DNA from: Takakia lepidozioides
Taxonomy: Eukaryota > Plantae > Bryophyta
Assembly: GCA_030704615.1 (NCBI GenBank)
Contig: CM060732.1
Span: 25,544,001 to 25,608,000 of the forward strand
Length of the DNA stretch: 64,000 nt
Reading direction: 5' to 3'
Part shown: positions 23,937-36,230 of the stretch, in pieces
Position numbering within the stretch: position 1 is the first letter of the stretch
How the letters are laid out: every line of letters begins with the position of its first letter
The notes under the pieces: model-generated
The model's input: only the letters and a program-made list of their open reading frames with translations
The model's database searches: none
Told to the model about the DNA's origin: nothing
Program-made: the position numbers and the translations under genes

Positions 23937-25522
23937 TAGTGCTGCCCCGCACATGAATCCCATGCCTCCCATGTCTCCTCCCTCAGGAGCAGGAGGTGGA
24001 CCATCCGGCCTTGGAGCCGGTACCACCTGAGCTGTAGCCATGGCAGCGAGCCTCTGCTCTAGCTGCTGAAGCCGGTTGGCCATGCCTTGGTCACCACCCT
24101 GACCTCCGCGTCCTTGGCCATCTTGAGCTTGCCCTTGGCCTGCACCTCGTGCCTGGCCACCTCGTCCTCTCTGGGCTGCTCCACCTCGCCCCTGGCCACC
24201 ATTGTTCCCTTGGAATTGGCCTAGGTGAAACTCAGGGTGCAAACCACAACACTGGGCCTCTCCATGCCTGTACTTGCCACAATGCCCACACTGCAACTGT
24301 GCAGGCTGTGCAGGTGCCAAACCATTGCCTCCCTCTGGGCAATCCTTCTTGACATGGGGTCCTCCACATGTCCAGCACACCACATTCCCCGTTGTTGGCT
24401 TGCAAATGAAGGGAGAGACCCCTGCATCTGAGGTCCTCTCTGTCCTTCCCTGGGCTTCACCTGAGCTCCCTTGTTGCCTTGAGCACGTTGAGGTAGTGGC
24501 TGGCTAGGAGCACCACTACCCCGTGGTGCCTCCTTAGCAAATCCCACCATGACCACTCGTTCCTCCACCATGTTGAGCTCTATCCGCTCTGCTAGCAAAA
24601 ACACATTTGCTAAGGTGGGTTGGGCCGCTTGTAGGAGAGTTGCATCCCGCACCCTTCTCCTCAGCTCCTTGTCCAATATCCCGTACCAGAACTGGACTGC
24701 CTGAGCTTCTGTAACCCCTTGGGTTACATTTATCAAGCGCCTCATGCGAGTGAAAGCCTCCCTCAAGCTCTCAGTAGGCTTCCTCTGGAACTCTTGCAAG
24801 CTCCTCAACTTCTCTGTCCTCACCCCTTGGTAGTTCCTTCTCAACTCTTTGAAGAACTCCACAACAGGGTTGAAGGCAGGCACCGCCACTGGTGCTGGTG
24901 CTGGTGCAGCAGTAGTTTGGGTGGACGTCGTAGTTGCTGTTTCACTAGTCCCACTACTGCTCGTGGAAGCTGTTGTTGTAGCTGCAGCTGCCGGTGTGGC
25001 TGCTAAAACGAAGGTTCCCGAAAGCACAACAAGAAGGCAAAAATAGTGGAAGCATATGCACGATGGTGGCTGTAGTGCCGAGACAGTCCTCGCATGTGAC
25101 AGACACGCTTCATCATCATCATGAACATTGCGCGCAAAAGAGGAACAATCGCGTGCATAGAAACGCCTACTGCAACATCGGACAACAAACAGCCGTCAAA
25201 AGAGAGCGGCCGGGATTTGGTGGGAAGATCATTGCCATTTTTGCAGCCCTAAAAATGGAGGGCTCGGATGGGTTATGGGAATGGATAGTGGCGATCCTGC
25301 GCCGTCAGCGGACTGGATGGCAGGGGACTGGCCAGCGGACTGGCGGACTGCTGGGCAGCGGACTGGCCAGCACCGGACTGGCAGACTGGAGGGCAGCGGA
25401 CTCATGGGCGGGGGACTGACCGCGCGGCGGACGGGGGCGCGGGCGGGGTGCTGGGGAGCCCGGCGTCCGTGCGCGGGGCCCACCGGCCCATTGAAGACCC
25501 TATTATCTTAAAATGAGAGGCT

Positions 25523-27078
25523 ATGTTAGTTGATAGTTCAACAATAAAATCAATGTTGATGACTTCCATTTTGCCGTACACCTAAATGCTACATTAAAAG
25601 TCAACTCCTGATCTGTTGTATATTTTAGCAAAAGTGTTTCCAACTGCGAGATATGTTTCCTCTTCATGTGAAATTTACAGGTGTCTTGTCTTGCATTCAC
25701 ATTCCTGCATCTCTCACATACGAATTGAAGGCCAACTTTGCAGCCTAACTGGTTGACAGTTCCAGACTGGGACGAAGGTTTATGGGGCGTCCCAATTGAC
25801 ATTTGATCTAACAGGATCTACGATAACCTGCGCAGCACAGTATCCGAGAATCCTGGGCATGGTAGCCTCTCAGATGATAAAGACGACACGGAGTGCCGAG
25901 TCTCACAATTATTTTACTTGTTTACCTGTAGACAGCCCTGATCAAGTGCATTAACAATAACTCCAACAGTACCACCCAACCTGCACCGCTGCCCTTCAAC
26001 AGACTGCACGACCGTTGAGCAAAAACTCAAATGCAGAAGACAGCATGCAGAAGTTACGTAGACAACAACTGAGATCGCGCGTTCCAAAAACGGCGGAAGG
26101 GCCTCATCAGCTGCCCTTATCCGAAGTAAAAAACTTTCTCCACCAAATCGTCATCTTTACGAATTTCGTAAGTCCCTAGATGCGCGTTACGAAAAGTACC
26201 TCCTCCTGTCAGGATGATTTCTTCCCGTCTGAGAAGACAACGATTTTAACAACGGACATTTCTAAGCGATTTTTAATTTAAAGGGCATAAGCTTTTGGTG
26301 CAGATCATTTCTACATGTTATCAAGACCATTTCTCTTAGCAAACCACAGAACAAGACAATCTATTACATTCCCTTCATGGCGTGAGGAAGCTCAGAAGTA
26401 GAAGTGGGACTTGGAAGATAGTTGCACTTTGAGAATCGCATTGGACAGATTAGTACATTCTGGTGATATCAATACCTAAAAAACAAATTTCACATGTAGC
26501 TGAACTCAGCTTCCCATAGAGGTTCGTAGCTATTGCCCTTATAGCTTTGACAATGAATCAAACTGATTCTGCAAACTTTATAAGAATTTGGTGCTACAAT
26601 CAAAAGATGGGCCAGGAGAGAAAATATATATGAATCACGATACACTGTCCGCGCAGATGGCATACAGACACATTTGATGAGTACAAGCACGAGGCGATCA
26701 AATTGCTCACTAGGCCTATGACTTCATGACTCTCACTCTAATGCATTCTGCCAGATCATCACATAGATGAATCACTACATGACATGTGATGTCTTTCTAC
26801 CTATCAAATTCAATTTGTGAAAGAATTAACTCTTGAGTGTGCCTGAAACGTCAACATTTGACTCGAAAGAATTGGAGCGAAAACCAGGATAGCACAACTC
26901 CATGCCAATGGCGATAATCTTAATCCTGCTGCCAACACGGCAATTGTCGGTCCACCAGTGATAGAAATCGCAGAAAACGCATGAGATTATAACTGTGAAT
27001 ATGACTGCAAGACATAAAAAACCTTACATTTCCTGACGGGCTTCCTGCAGGACCTTCAGCACCTGCCGATGAGCTCCC
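25523..27078 (-). repeat. Inverted segmental duplicate of 47775-49551 (HRGP gene 3' exon and downstream region)
   Basis: Reverse-complement match throughout, including the GSSSAGAEGPAGSPSGN coding piece. Confidence 0.95.
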
Positions 27079-27104
27079 GGAGGAGACGGAGACCCAAGGT
27101 CGAG

Positions 27105-27350
27105 AGTCGAGAGCTAGTTTAGCGTAGAGCAGATACAGGATGCCATAGTGCCACGTCATCGTCGTCAGCCATGTCATCGTCGTCATTTCTGTGTGTCGGT
27201 TGTAACGGAAGTTCGCAGAGACGCGACTTTCAAAGACTCGAGTGAAACTCTTATACTGGTTGAGCTCCTTGGCTTTGCTTTGTAGATGCGAATGGACTGA
27301 ATCATGATACCACTGATGTTAGAGAGGGGTGAGTGTCTGTGATGGCAAAA
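27105..27350 (-). repeat. Inverted duplicate of 36250-36490 (promoter/5'UTR-like module)
   Basis: Reverse-complement match. Related partial copies at 30940-31140 and 58459-58543. Confidence 0.9.
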
Positions 27351-29044
27351 TGTGTCACAATGATTAGCATCACATAGTCCCTGGGCACTTACCTGCAGGA
27401 GTAAAAACCTGGATATCCTTAAATACAGAGCTCAGTCTATCTGTTACTAGGGAAGGAGGAAGAGAGTCTCATCAGGTTGAATGATGGAAGCTTATAGGTG
27501 GAAGTGAGAGAAAAATTGTCCAAGTTACATACGGAGATCATTGAGGGAAAGACCATTGTAGGAGTGCTACGCCGTGCTGTTGAACTCACATGGGAGGGTA
27601 ACAGTCAGCGCGTGGTGGAGAAGTAAATGGCTACTTCAGTCTGGGGAAGGAAGAATTAGCGGTGCGTGCAGATGAGTGGGGTCTTTCGTCAGATGCTCTC
27701 CTCCACTATAAAAATGCAGATCGAATTTTCGCTGGAGGCATTTCCTCGACAGGACATGTGGAATTCAGGAGGTAATTTTCGATCCTGGGCCTGGCTCTGT
27801 TCTCTCTCGCTCGTCAATAGCGGGCATACAGCGACATTGTTGGAATGCAATCGTCATTCTAACTCAATTAACCTAAAACTGAGGAACTTTCTAGGATTGG
27901 AATATGACCTTACTCTCTCTGTGTTTAAGCTGTAGGGTGCAATCGGGCATCAACTTGTTGCCATAATAAGGAGCTTTCTGGACGAATCTGGAAAATCTCA
28001 ATCAAAAGTCGATCTTCAAAAGCATAGGCAGCAATTAGCTTGCTTATATTGAAGATCGATTCTGCAACGAGTTAAATTCTAGGGTGCATGTTGACATGAA
28101 GTTATAAAAGATTATGCAGAGAAAAGCTGGGAGGGCTCAACTAGGTCCCATTCTTGACAGAGTAGTGGTGGCCCCCTCTCCACTCCCTCCCCTCCCCTTT
28201 CTCCCCCATCTGCCAGATATCATTCTGCCCTGGTGGATGCCAAACCTTTCCAGTGTGCACAAAAGCCAAGCTCTTTCCATTGGATCGCATTGGAAAGATT
28301 CTGCATAGTCGATCAAATCCGCAAACTTGTCAACTAGTCTCTCCCACTCGGTAATCCCATGGCCCTCACTACGGACTACCACAGAACTCATCCCTACTGT
28401 TCACTCCCGGATTTCATGTACGAACAAATATGTATTGTATACATCCAAACCTCCTTAAAATGTTTGCGTATTGTAGAGCCCACTGAAGTAATTAATAAAT
28501 AAGCGAGACTGCCATTGGCTCCTCTCTATTTCTGACCATTCTCCATCTAAGTCCAGCGAGAGCTCTATGGGTGCAGGGTCCAGGTAACACAAAGTGTTAG
28601 AGCAATGAGCTGGTGCAGAGTAAGCGGATAGGTCGGGCGGGGTACAGGTAGGAAGGGTGGTAGGGGGGACCCAGAGATGGGCAAGAAAGCGCGTGCAGCA
28701 GCTATCAAAGTTTGTGTGGAGGCAACGCGAGTCTAGTGCAGATGAACCTTCAGAATTAAATCTTAAACTCGATAGTCAAGGTTTTCTTTCGTCGTAGCGG
28801 CTGGGGAAGTCTGTACTCAGTCTGTACTCAAACATGGAGGTTTTAGTAATACGTAGAGATTACGTACCGGTTTCTGAACGCCGCACTGAACCAGATAGAG
28901 TCATTTGCAAGTTGAGCGGTCATGCTGGTCGATGGAATCAGCTTTGGCTTGCCACCAGAAGTTCCTGAGCTGCAGCCAGCTGCCAACCAAATAATCCGAC
29001 ATATAACTTAGCTGCTGGCCAGTAAAATTTGATAATTTAGTACA

Positions 29045-29400
29045 TGCAGCACTTGATAGGATCCGGACAAAGAATGGGCGACATATCACCATCAGCACTC
29101 GCTGGATATCCTGCTCGATGTCCGCATGCGATATCCACAAGGCTATGGCAAACAACGTCTTATGAGTACATTCTTCAGACTGAACAGGTTGATGCTTTCT
29201 TTGAACCAGTCAGTAGACATTGAGTCTGTCTGGCCCTTGCGCTTGAACCGTCCTAAGTACTCTGTGTGGGCATTGTGCCGCAGAATGGTTTTAAGCACAC
29301 TTTCTTGCACCTCCCAGGCATGTTGAGTCATCGAGTTGAACTCGAAGATGAGTTTCTCATAATTTGGAGCGGGTGGTGGTACTAGAAGAGCTGGCCCAGC
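29045..29400 (-). pseudogene. GH3: GH3 acyl-acid amido synthetase, N-terminal fragment
   Basis: EFNSMTQHAWEVQESVLKTILRHNAHTEYL...ISHADIEQDIQRV/DGDMSPILCPDPI matches the GH3 N-terminus. Frameshifted, with no downstream exons. Confidence 0.8.
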
Positions 29401-29496
29401 CAATAAACTACCCGTCTGCATGATTATATATTGATTAGTTCATACTCCACTTTATTTCTTCCTAGGTAGACTTTCTGACCAGAGATTCCTCACAGT

Positions 29497-29620
29497 GCAC
29501 TTGCTTGGTGCCTGCAGAATTCATGTCAATGTGGAGGCGGCAAAATGCATTCTTAAGTGGGATCGACAGGATGCTGCAACTTATGTGCTGCTGTCCAACG
29601 TCTATGCTGCAGCTGGCATA
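29497..29620 (+). pseudogene. PPR E-domain fragment
   Basis: ALLGACRIHVNVEAAKCILKWDRQDAATYVLLSNVYAAAG. Confidence 0.8.
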
Positions 29621-31649
29621 AAATGATGCATGATCATAATCATTCATGGTGCCACATTCCTTGGCAGAGAAGTGCTTAACCATGTTAGTTGTCCCTTAAA
29701 GTAAAGCTGCGTGGCACAAGCAAGTGCCCATATTGGACCAGAATGTTTTGTAATATTCAGACTGAATCTCAGAACTTCCTTTGGACATATACCGGCCCCA
29801 AGGATGGCATCCAATTCTGCACAGTACGAGTGAAAATGATAGACAGGTGGTATTGAAAAGTGGCTGAACAAAATATCAATATTTTTTAATTAATTTCAAA
29901 TGAAATAATTTTATTTTTACTTTTTTACTTTTTTTAAAGGGGATGAAGCCCCGATAATTTATTTCTGGGGAAAAAATAAACCCCTGTGGGACCATAAGGC
30001 ATACACACCTTTCGGTGAGGGCAAACCCGAGATACTTTTAACAACGAGAAAACCATCTGAGTGGATGAAAGTATTAGTTTAGACTCAAGAGGTACCCCTA
30101 GAGCCTGGCTATGGCTCACGAGATGCGAGCTTTCAACACAGAGAGAATAATTGTGACGGGAGTTTGTCAACAATGGAAGATGGGTTCTATAACAATGATG
30201 AAGAGAAAACCCCATTACACGCAGCATATAGAAGGAGAGCAGTCTGGACCGTCTGCTATAGGGGAAGAAGAAGCGCATAATAAGCATTGATCTGGCAAGC
30301 AATGGAGGAGAAAAAGTGGGGAAGTGCAGGCAGGGATCTACAAAGGAAAGGGAGCCTGGACCGGCTGCAAATTGGGATTTCAGATAACCTCTGAACTCTG
30401 AAAAGTAACTATACGAAAGGGCAGACAAGGGCGGAACTAAGTGAAAGGAAAAAATAAAAATAAAAATAAAAATTGCCGATCGCAAAGAGGAAGCTTGCAT
30501 GGAGATCTACTAGTCGAAGCAGAGTCTGGTGGAGCGCTTCCCACCGATATGCTTCCAGTTGACCTCCCTTTCAAATTCGGGTGATTCAAGGCAGCGAAGC
30601 TGCTGCGAACTGCCAGGAGTTTGGTGGGCTCTTGGACCATTGACAGCTTGACGTCGAAGAGCAACTGCATAGGAACTTGTTTTTGCCCCAAGATCTTTGG
30701 AATTTCCTGAGGAGCCCAGGTTCAGCCTCTGGATCCCTGCTAATGTCTGCATGCATTTTAACCCAAGCCTTTCTTGCCTCAATCTGGACCTCATGAAATA
30801 TTGTAGACAGAAAAAACAGAGACACACCCTCTCTTTGCTTTTTTTTTTGAGAAGGTGGGAGTCCATATGAAGCAACTGTCATAACTGAAAAGCTTTTGAA
30901 CTGAAGAGGGTGACCCTGGTTTTCAAATAATTTTCCTCTTTTCATAAAACTTGAATATATCCCATCTATCTGGACGTTGTTGTTGCTAGTAGTGTTCTCA
31001 GAAGTCGTCGCTAGTAGTGCGGAGCAACGCAAAGCCCTAGTTCTAGCGACGACCGAAGGTTGAAAGCTAGTTTAGCGTAGAGCAGGAATAGGGTGCCATA
31101 GTGCCACGTTTTTGTCGCCACGTCATCGTCGCCACGTTTCGTCGTCAAATTTCGTCAATATGCCCGGACTGCCCGCCCGAAATACGCCAATAGGAATTGC
31201 CGCGCCAACGTTTTCGGAACTGCCCGAAATGCCCGGATCTTGATCTTTCTTGATCTGCGTTTTCCGCCATCGTTCACCTTGCAAGCTGCAAGCTCTCAAC
31301 GAATTGAGGAAATCCATGCTCAGCTGAAGACTTGCTGAAGAGATTGTCTTAGCAGATGAAGGATCAAGCAAATGATGGGGGAAGGGTGTCGCTTTTTCTT
31401 AATGTACGATCTGAAGAAGTTTGTATATCCTGTAAGGTGGGCTCTTGGCTCCTGTCAGTACCATGATTTGGTATTCTTCCTGATGTTTGCAAGGTTCTTG
31501 GGAGAGTCAGCTTGGTCTTACCAGGCCGTGTTCAATCTCTACTTGCTCAGATGCACCGTGGTGGTTCTCACAGATCAATCCGTGAGTCAAAATCATGGCC
31601 GCGCAGGTTGAGTAGAGGTGACAGAGGACTTCATGAACAAAATGCCAAT

Positions 31650-33370
31650 CGAACCAGCTGCTTGGTGGGACAAACGAGGCGAAAAGGTGAATGCCTGCAG
31701 ATTCCCAGATGTCATTATGAAGGCTGCACACACAAGAGGTTCTTTAGGGTTGATGTTCGGTGAAATCCTCCATGGGTCATGACACAAGGTCAAGGACAAT
31801 GTGGTGAGTGCACCTTCTTCTTCAACCTATTTCTGTCTGTTTTACCCTCTCATCAGACTCGGCCTTGAGATGCTGTAAGTTAGCTCGTTGGGTGGATCTG
31901 TGGTGGTTAGGAGTGACTTTGACAAGTTCCTGCTGATGTGGCAGCAGGAAAGTATCCAAAAACAGATAACATGGATGAGGAGAAGACACCTTCTTCAACA
32001 CATTTCACCTTGTTTTTCCCTCTTATCAGAATCTGCCCTACATTTTCATGTTGAATTATGCAAGTTAGCTGATTGAGTGAACCTTTGGTCGTTTGGAGTG
32101 ACTTTGACATGATACTGCCAATGTAACACAGGAAAGTATCCAAAAATAGGTAAACAAAGATGAGGAGAAACTGTGGGATGAATACTTTTCTGACCCCAGC
32201 CAATGGTGGGACAAACGAGGCAAAAAGGTGAATGCCTACAGATTACCAAATGTCATTATGAAGGCTTCAGGCACAAGCTGCACACACACAAGGTCCTTTA
32301 GGGTTGATGTTCGGTCAAATCCTCCATGGGTCAGGACAGAAAGTCAAAGGACAATGTGGTGAGGGCACCTTCTTCTTCAACATATTTCTGTCTGTTTTAC
32401 CCTCTCATCAGATTCGGCCCTAAGATGCATATTGAATGTATCCAATAACAGATAACATAGATGAGGAGAAGGCACCTTCTTCAACATAATTCACCCTGTT
32501 TTTCCCTCTTATCATAATCTGCCCTAAATTTCCATGTTGAATTCTGCAAGTTAGCTGTGAGTGAACCTTTAATGGTAGTTTGGAGTGACTTTGACATGAT
32601 ACTGCCAATGTGACACAGGAAAGTATCCAAAAACATGTAAACAGAGATGAGAAGAAGCTATGGGATGAATACTTTTCTGACCTCAGCCAATGGTGGGACA
32701 ACCAAGGCAAAAAGGTGAATGCATGTTAGATTACCAGAAGTCATTCTGAATGCTGCAGACTCGGCCCTGAGATGCATATTGAATTCTGTAAGTTAGTTCG
32801 TTGGGTGGATCTGTGGTGGTTAGGAGTGACTTTAACAAGTTACTGCCAATGTGGCAGCAGGAAAGTAACCAGAAACAGATAACATGGATGAGGAGAAGGC
32901 ACCTTCTTTACACATTACCCTGTTTTCCCCTCTTATCAGAGTCTGCCCTAAATTTCCATGTTGAATTCTGCATGTTAGCTGGTTGAGTGAACCTTTAGTA
33001 GTTTGGAGTGACTTTGACATGATATAGCATATGTGACAACAGGAAAGTATCCAAATTAAACAGGTAACAGAGATGAGGAGAGGCTGTGGTATGAATACTT
33101 TTATGACCCCAGTCAATGGTGGGACAACCGAGGCAAAAAGGTGAATGTCTGTCAGATTATCAGATGTCATTCTGAACGCTGCACACACAAGCTGCACACA
33201 CAAGAGGTCCTTGTTTTACCCTCTCATCAGACTCTGCCCTGAGATGCATATTGAATTTTGTAAGTTAGCTCGTTGGGTGGATCTGTGGTGGTTAGGAGTG
33301 ACTTTGACAAGTTACTGCCGATGTGGCAGCAGGAAAGTACCCAAAAACAGATAACATATATGAGGAGAAG
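31650..33370 (+). repeat. Irregular tandem array (~450-500 bp higher-order unit) encoding degenerate OSB-type PDF motifs
   Basis: DEEKLWDEYFSDPSQWWDKRGKKVN at 32159, with variants at ~31660, 32646 and 33072. The first two copies are followed by ...NPPWV. Inverted copy at 35790-36060. Confidence 0.8.
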
Positions 33371-33520
33371 CTCGTTGGTCTATGGTGTTTTGTAGTGATT
33401 TTGATATGTTACTGTAGGTAGGGTTGGGGTGTTTGCTGGAAGAACTTCACGCCGTCAGTTTCAACTGCTTCAACTGCTAGCAGCAAGGTTGAGGTTGTAT
33501 TCATGGTTTGTACACAGGTG

Positions 33521-34337
33521 AAGAGAGGCCGTACGCCCAAGTATCCTCGCCTCAGCCCCCTGCCAGGAACAAGCTTCATCATTATGAGGTCCTCAAGTAT
33601 CCCCTAACGACAGAGTCTGCCATGAGGAAGATTGTGGACAACAACACGTTGGTGTTCATTGTGGATGTGCGGGCTGACAAGAAGAAGATCAAGGATGCAG
33701 TGAAGAAGATGTACGAAATCCAGACAAAGAAGATCAATTTTTTGATAAGGTATGATCTGGATTGCATATATTGTCGTCATGGCTGCCGTGACTCTTTTCA
33801 CAGATTCTCACCTCTTTGTCTTGGTAGGCATAATGGTACATCCACAAGCTGTAGTGCCTTTAGATGAGAAGCAGTCTACTCACATAGTATACCGCTCGTT
33901 TTCTCAAGAGCATACCATTTCTTTGCCTTCCAGAATGCTATGCTATCCGTTTCACTCTGAAACATAATCCACTTGTCATGTAGGGTTGGAGTAGCCCTGC
34001 TTGAGTTACCATCACACACTCTCTTATGATGTGGACGAGAGTCTGAGATTACCATGATTAATTATTTTGAAGATCTTCAGGAACACTCAATCGGCTGACA
34101 GGGTTGCCGTTAGGTGTGTCAAGTTGCAATCTCAAGCTTGGAACCTCAAGGCTGGCTTGGTAGAGCAGGGACTGTTCTCCTTTGGGTGTTTATTACCTGT
34201 ATGCTTACCTCTGGGCTTCAAGTACTCATGCTGCAATTTTGTGCAACAGGCCTGATGGACTGGAGAAGGCTTATGTCAGGCTGCAGACAGCTGATTATGA
34301 TGCCTTGGACGTGGCAAACAAGATAGGTATCATCTAG
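33521..34337 (+). pseudogene. RPL23A: 60S ribosomal protein L23a (uL23), 5'-truncated, intron retained
   Basis: [35 protein letters not shown]...LIR, then GT-AG intron 33750-34249, then [28 protein letters not shown]. Frameshift near 33560; N-terminus missing. Confidence 0.92.
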
Positions 34338-34614
34338 AATGGTTCTTCTTGTTTGGAACTGGGTTGGTTTGAGAGGTGCTTTGTAAGGAGTTTTCCAAAG
34401 TGCTTTTCAGTGTCAGAAGTGGGTCCTGGGAGTTAATGCATTACAGAACTGTAATTTTATCTTAGCTGGTGTCGCAGTGGGTGTATGTGTTGCTAGTGAA
34501 CTTCATACTGTGTTGTGGAATGGTAACCAATTACAAAACCCTGTCCTCATGTGGGATCTGACTCATGCAGGATGGCAGGGATGAATCAGGCATGTTTGTT
34601 CGAATCAGGCATGT

Positions 34615-35805
34615 TTGCTCAAATCAGGCATCACCGCGGTGACCACTGCTTTTGAAAGAGGACTACGAGAGGGAGTTAATAGGAACTATTCTGGCACTAA
34701 TGGGAATGTGAGAACACTATGTAAGTTAGGACGACTGAAAGAGGCGTTGCACATCTTGAATCAAGGAGGCGTTTGTGCGGACCTCGATACATACGTCTGT
34801 CTCTTGCAGGAGTGCATCAAGAGGAAATGCCTAGCAGAGGGAAAGCAGGTGCACTCCCACATTATCCTAAGTGGATTCAAGCCAAATATCCTTCTCCTCA
34901 ATACCCTCGTCAACATGTATGCCAAGTGTGGCAGTGTGAGCGATGCACGCCAAGTGTTTGACAAGATGCCTGAACGAGATATATTTACATGGAATACAAT
35001 GATGGCAGGCTATGCCAAACATGGCTGTGGTAGAGAGGCGTTGGAGATCTATGAGCAAATGCAGCTGAAAGCGGTGACGCCCGACACTGTCACATTCATT
35101 TGTGTTCTCAATGCCTGTGCGAGCCTGGGATCCCTGGAAAGAGGTAAAATGATACATGCTGATATAATCAGAGCTGGACTTCCATCACATGTTATTCTGG
35201 ATACGGCCCTTGTTGCTATGTATGCCAAATGCAGTGGCATAAAAGATGTGAGGCAAGTATTTGATAACATGAGTCAGCGAAATGTAGTCTCATGGAACGC
35301 AATGATCACAAGATATGCTCAGAATGGGTGTGACAAGGAGGCTTTGGAGGTCTATGACCAGATGGCACGAGAAGGGGTGACTGCCAACAGGGTCACATTT
35401 ATTTATGTTCTCAATGCGTGTGCCAGCCCGGCATACCAGGAGCGGGGCAGAGGGGTCCACAATGACGTTGACAAAGCTCGAATTGTGCTAGATATAATTC
35501 TAGGGACTGCCATTGTGAACATGTACGCTAAATGCGGGATTTTAAAGGAGGTGCGTCGGGTGTTCAACAATATGGCTCAACATAATGTGGTCTCATGGAG
35601 TGCATTAATTGCAGGATATGCCCAGCATGGATGTTGTAAGGAGGGTCTAGAGATGTATGACCAAATGACAGGGGAAGGGGTGACACCCAATGCGGTAACT
35701 TTTATTAGCGTTCTCAAGGCGTGTGCAGGCCTGGCAGCCCTGGAAAACTCAGCTTATCACACTAGTTCCTATGCTGAATTGCGTCTGCCACTCTCTATAA
35801 TCTAA
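34615..35805 (+). CDS. PLS-class pentatricopeptide repeat protein, C-terminally truncated
   Basis: Repeating NTLVNMYAKCG / VVSWNAMI / VTFICVLNACA triplets. Homology stops at about 35745 with no E/DYW domain; probably a pseudogene. Confidence 0.85.
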   Translation: MLKSGITAVTTAFERGLREGVNRNYSGTNGNVRTLCKLGRLKEALHILNQGGVCADLDTYVCLLQECIKRKCLAEGKQVHSHIILSGFKPNILLLNTLVNMYAKCGSVSDARQVFDKMPERDIFTWNTMMAGYAKHGCGREALEIYEQMQLKAVTPDTVTFICVLNACASLGSLERGKMIHADIIRAGLPSHVILDTALVAMYAKCSGIKDVRQVFDNMSQRNVVSWNAMITRYAQNGCDKEALEVYDQMAREGVTANRVTFIYVLNACASPAYQERGRGVHNDVDKARIVLDIILGTAIVNMYAKCGILKEVRRVFNNMAQHNVVSWSALIAGYAQHGCCKEGLEMYDQMTGEGVTPNAVTFISVLKACAGLAALENSAYHTSSYAELRLPLSII

Positions 35806-36081
35806 AGGCATTAACCTTTTTGCCTTGGTTGTCCCAACATTGACTGGGGTCAGAAAAGTATTCATTCCACAGCTACTCCTCATCTTTGTTACGTGTTTTT
35901 GGATACTTTCATGTTGTCACGTTGGCAGTATCATGTCAAAGTCACTCCAAACTATCAAAGATTCATTCAACCAGCTAACTTGTAGAATTCAACATGGAAT
36001 TTTAGGGTCGATTCTGATAAGAGGGGGAAAAATGATGAAATGTGTTGAAGAAGGTATCTTCATTAGCATTGCCTGATTTTA

Positions 36082-36230
36082 TCAATTGTGCTGCTGCTGC
36101 GCTTCCAATTGACCATCTACCCATGCAGGTTTCTTGCAGTTATGGATCCACAGGGAATCATAGGTAATCTTGAGCTTGAAATCCGGCCCTCTTAGATAGC
36201 CTTTCTTGTGTGAAGGCTTTCTGTAGTAAT
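36082..36230 (-). pseudogene. PDF-motif fragment (OSB-like)
   Basis: KKGYLRGPDFKLKITYDSLWIHNCKKPAWV. Confidence 0.7.

Larger units (their letters stand above)
7734..25005 (-). mobile_element. Ty3/gypsy LTR retrotransposon, order gag-(PR deleted)-C5 DNMT-RT-RNaseH-IN-PHD; 5'-truncated and interrupted by a nested element
   Basis: Gag 23942-25005 with two CCHC-type knuckles continues in frame at 13750 once the insert is removed. RT has [14 protein letters not shown] and YIDD; RNase H has FQVHTDWS; integrase has HHCC and WSLDFAGP. PPT and 3' LTR at 7734-8085. No second LTR was found. Confidence 0.9.
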
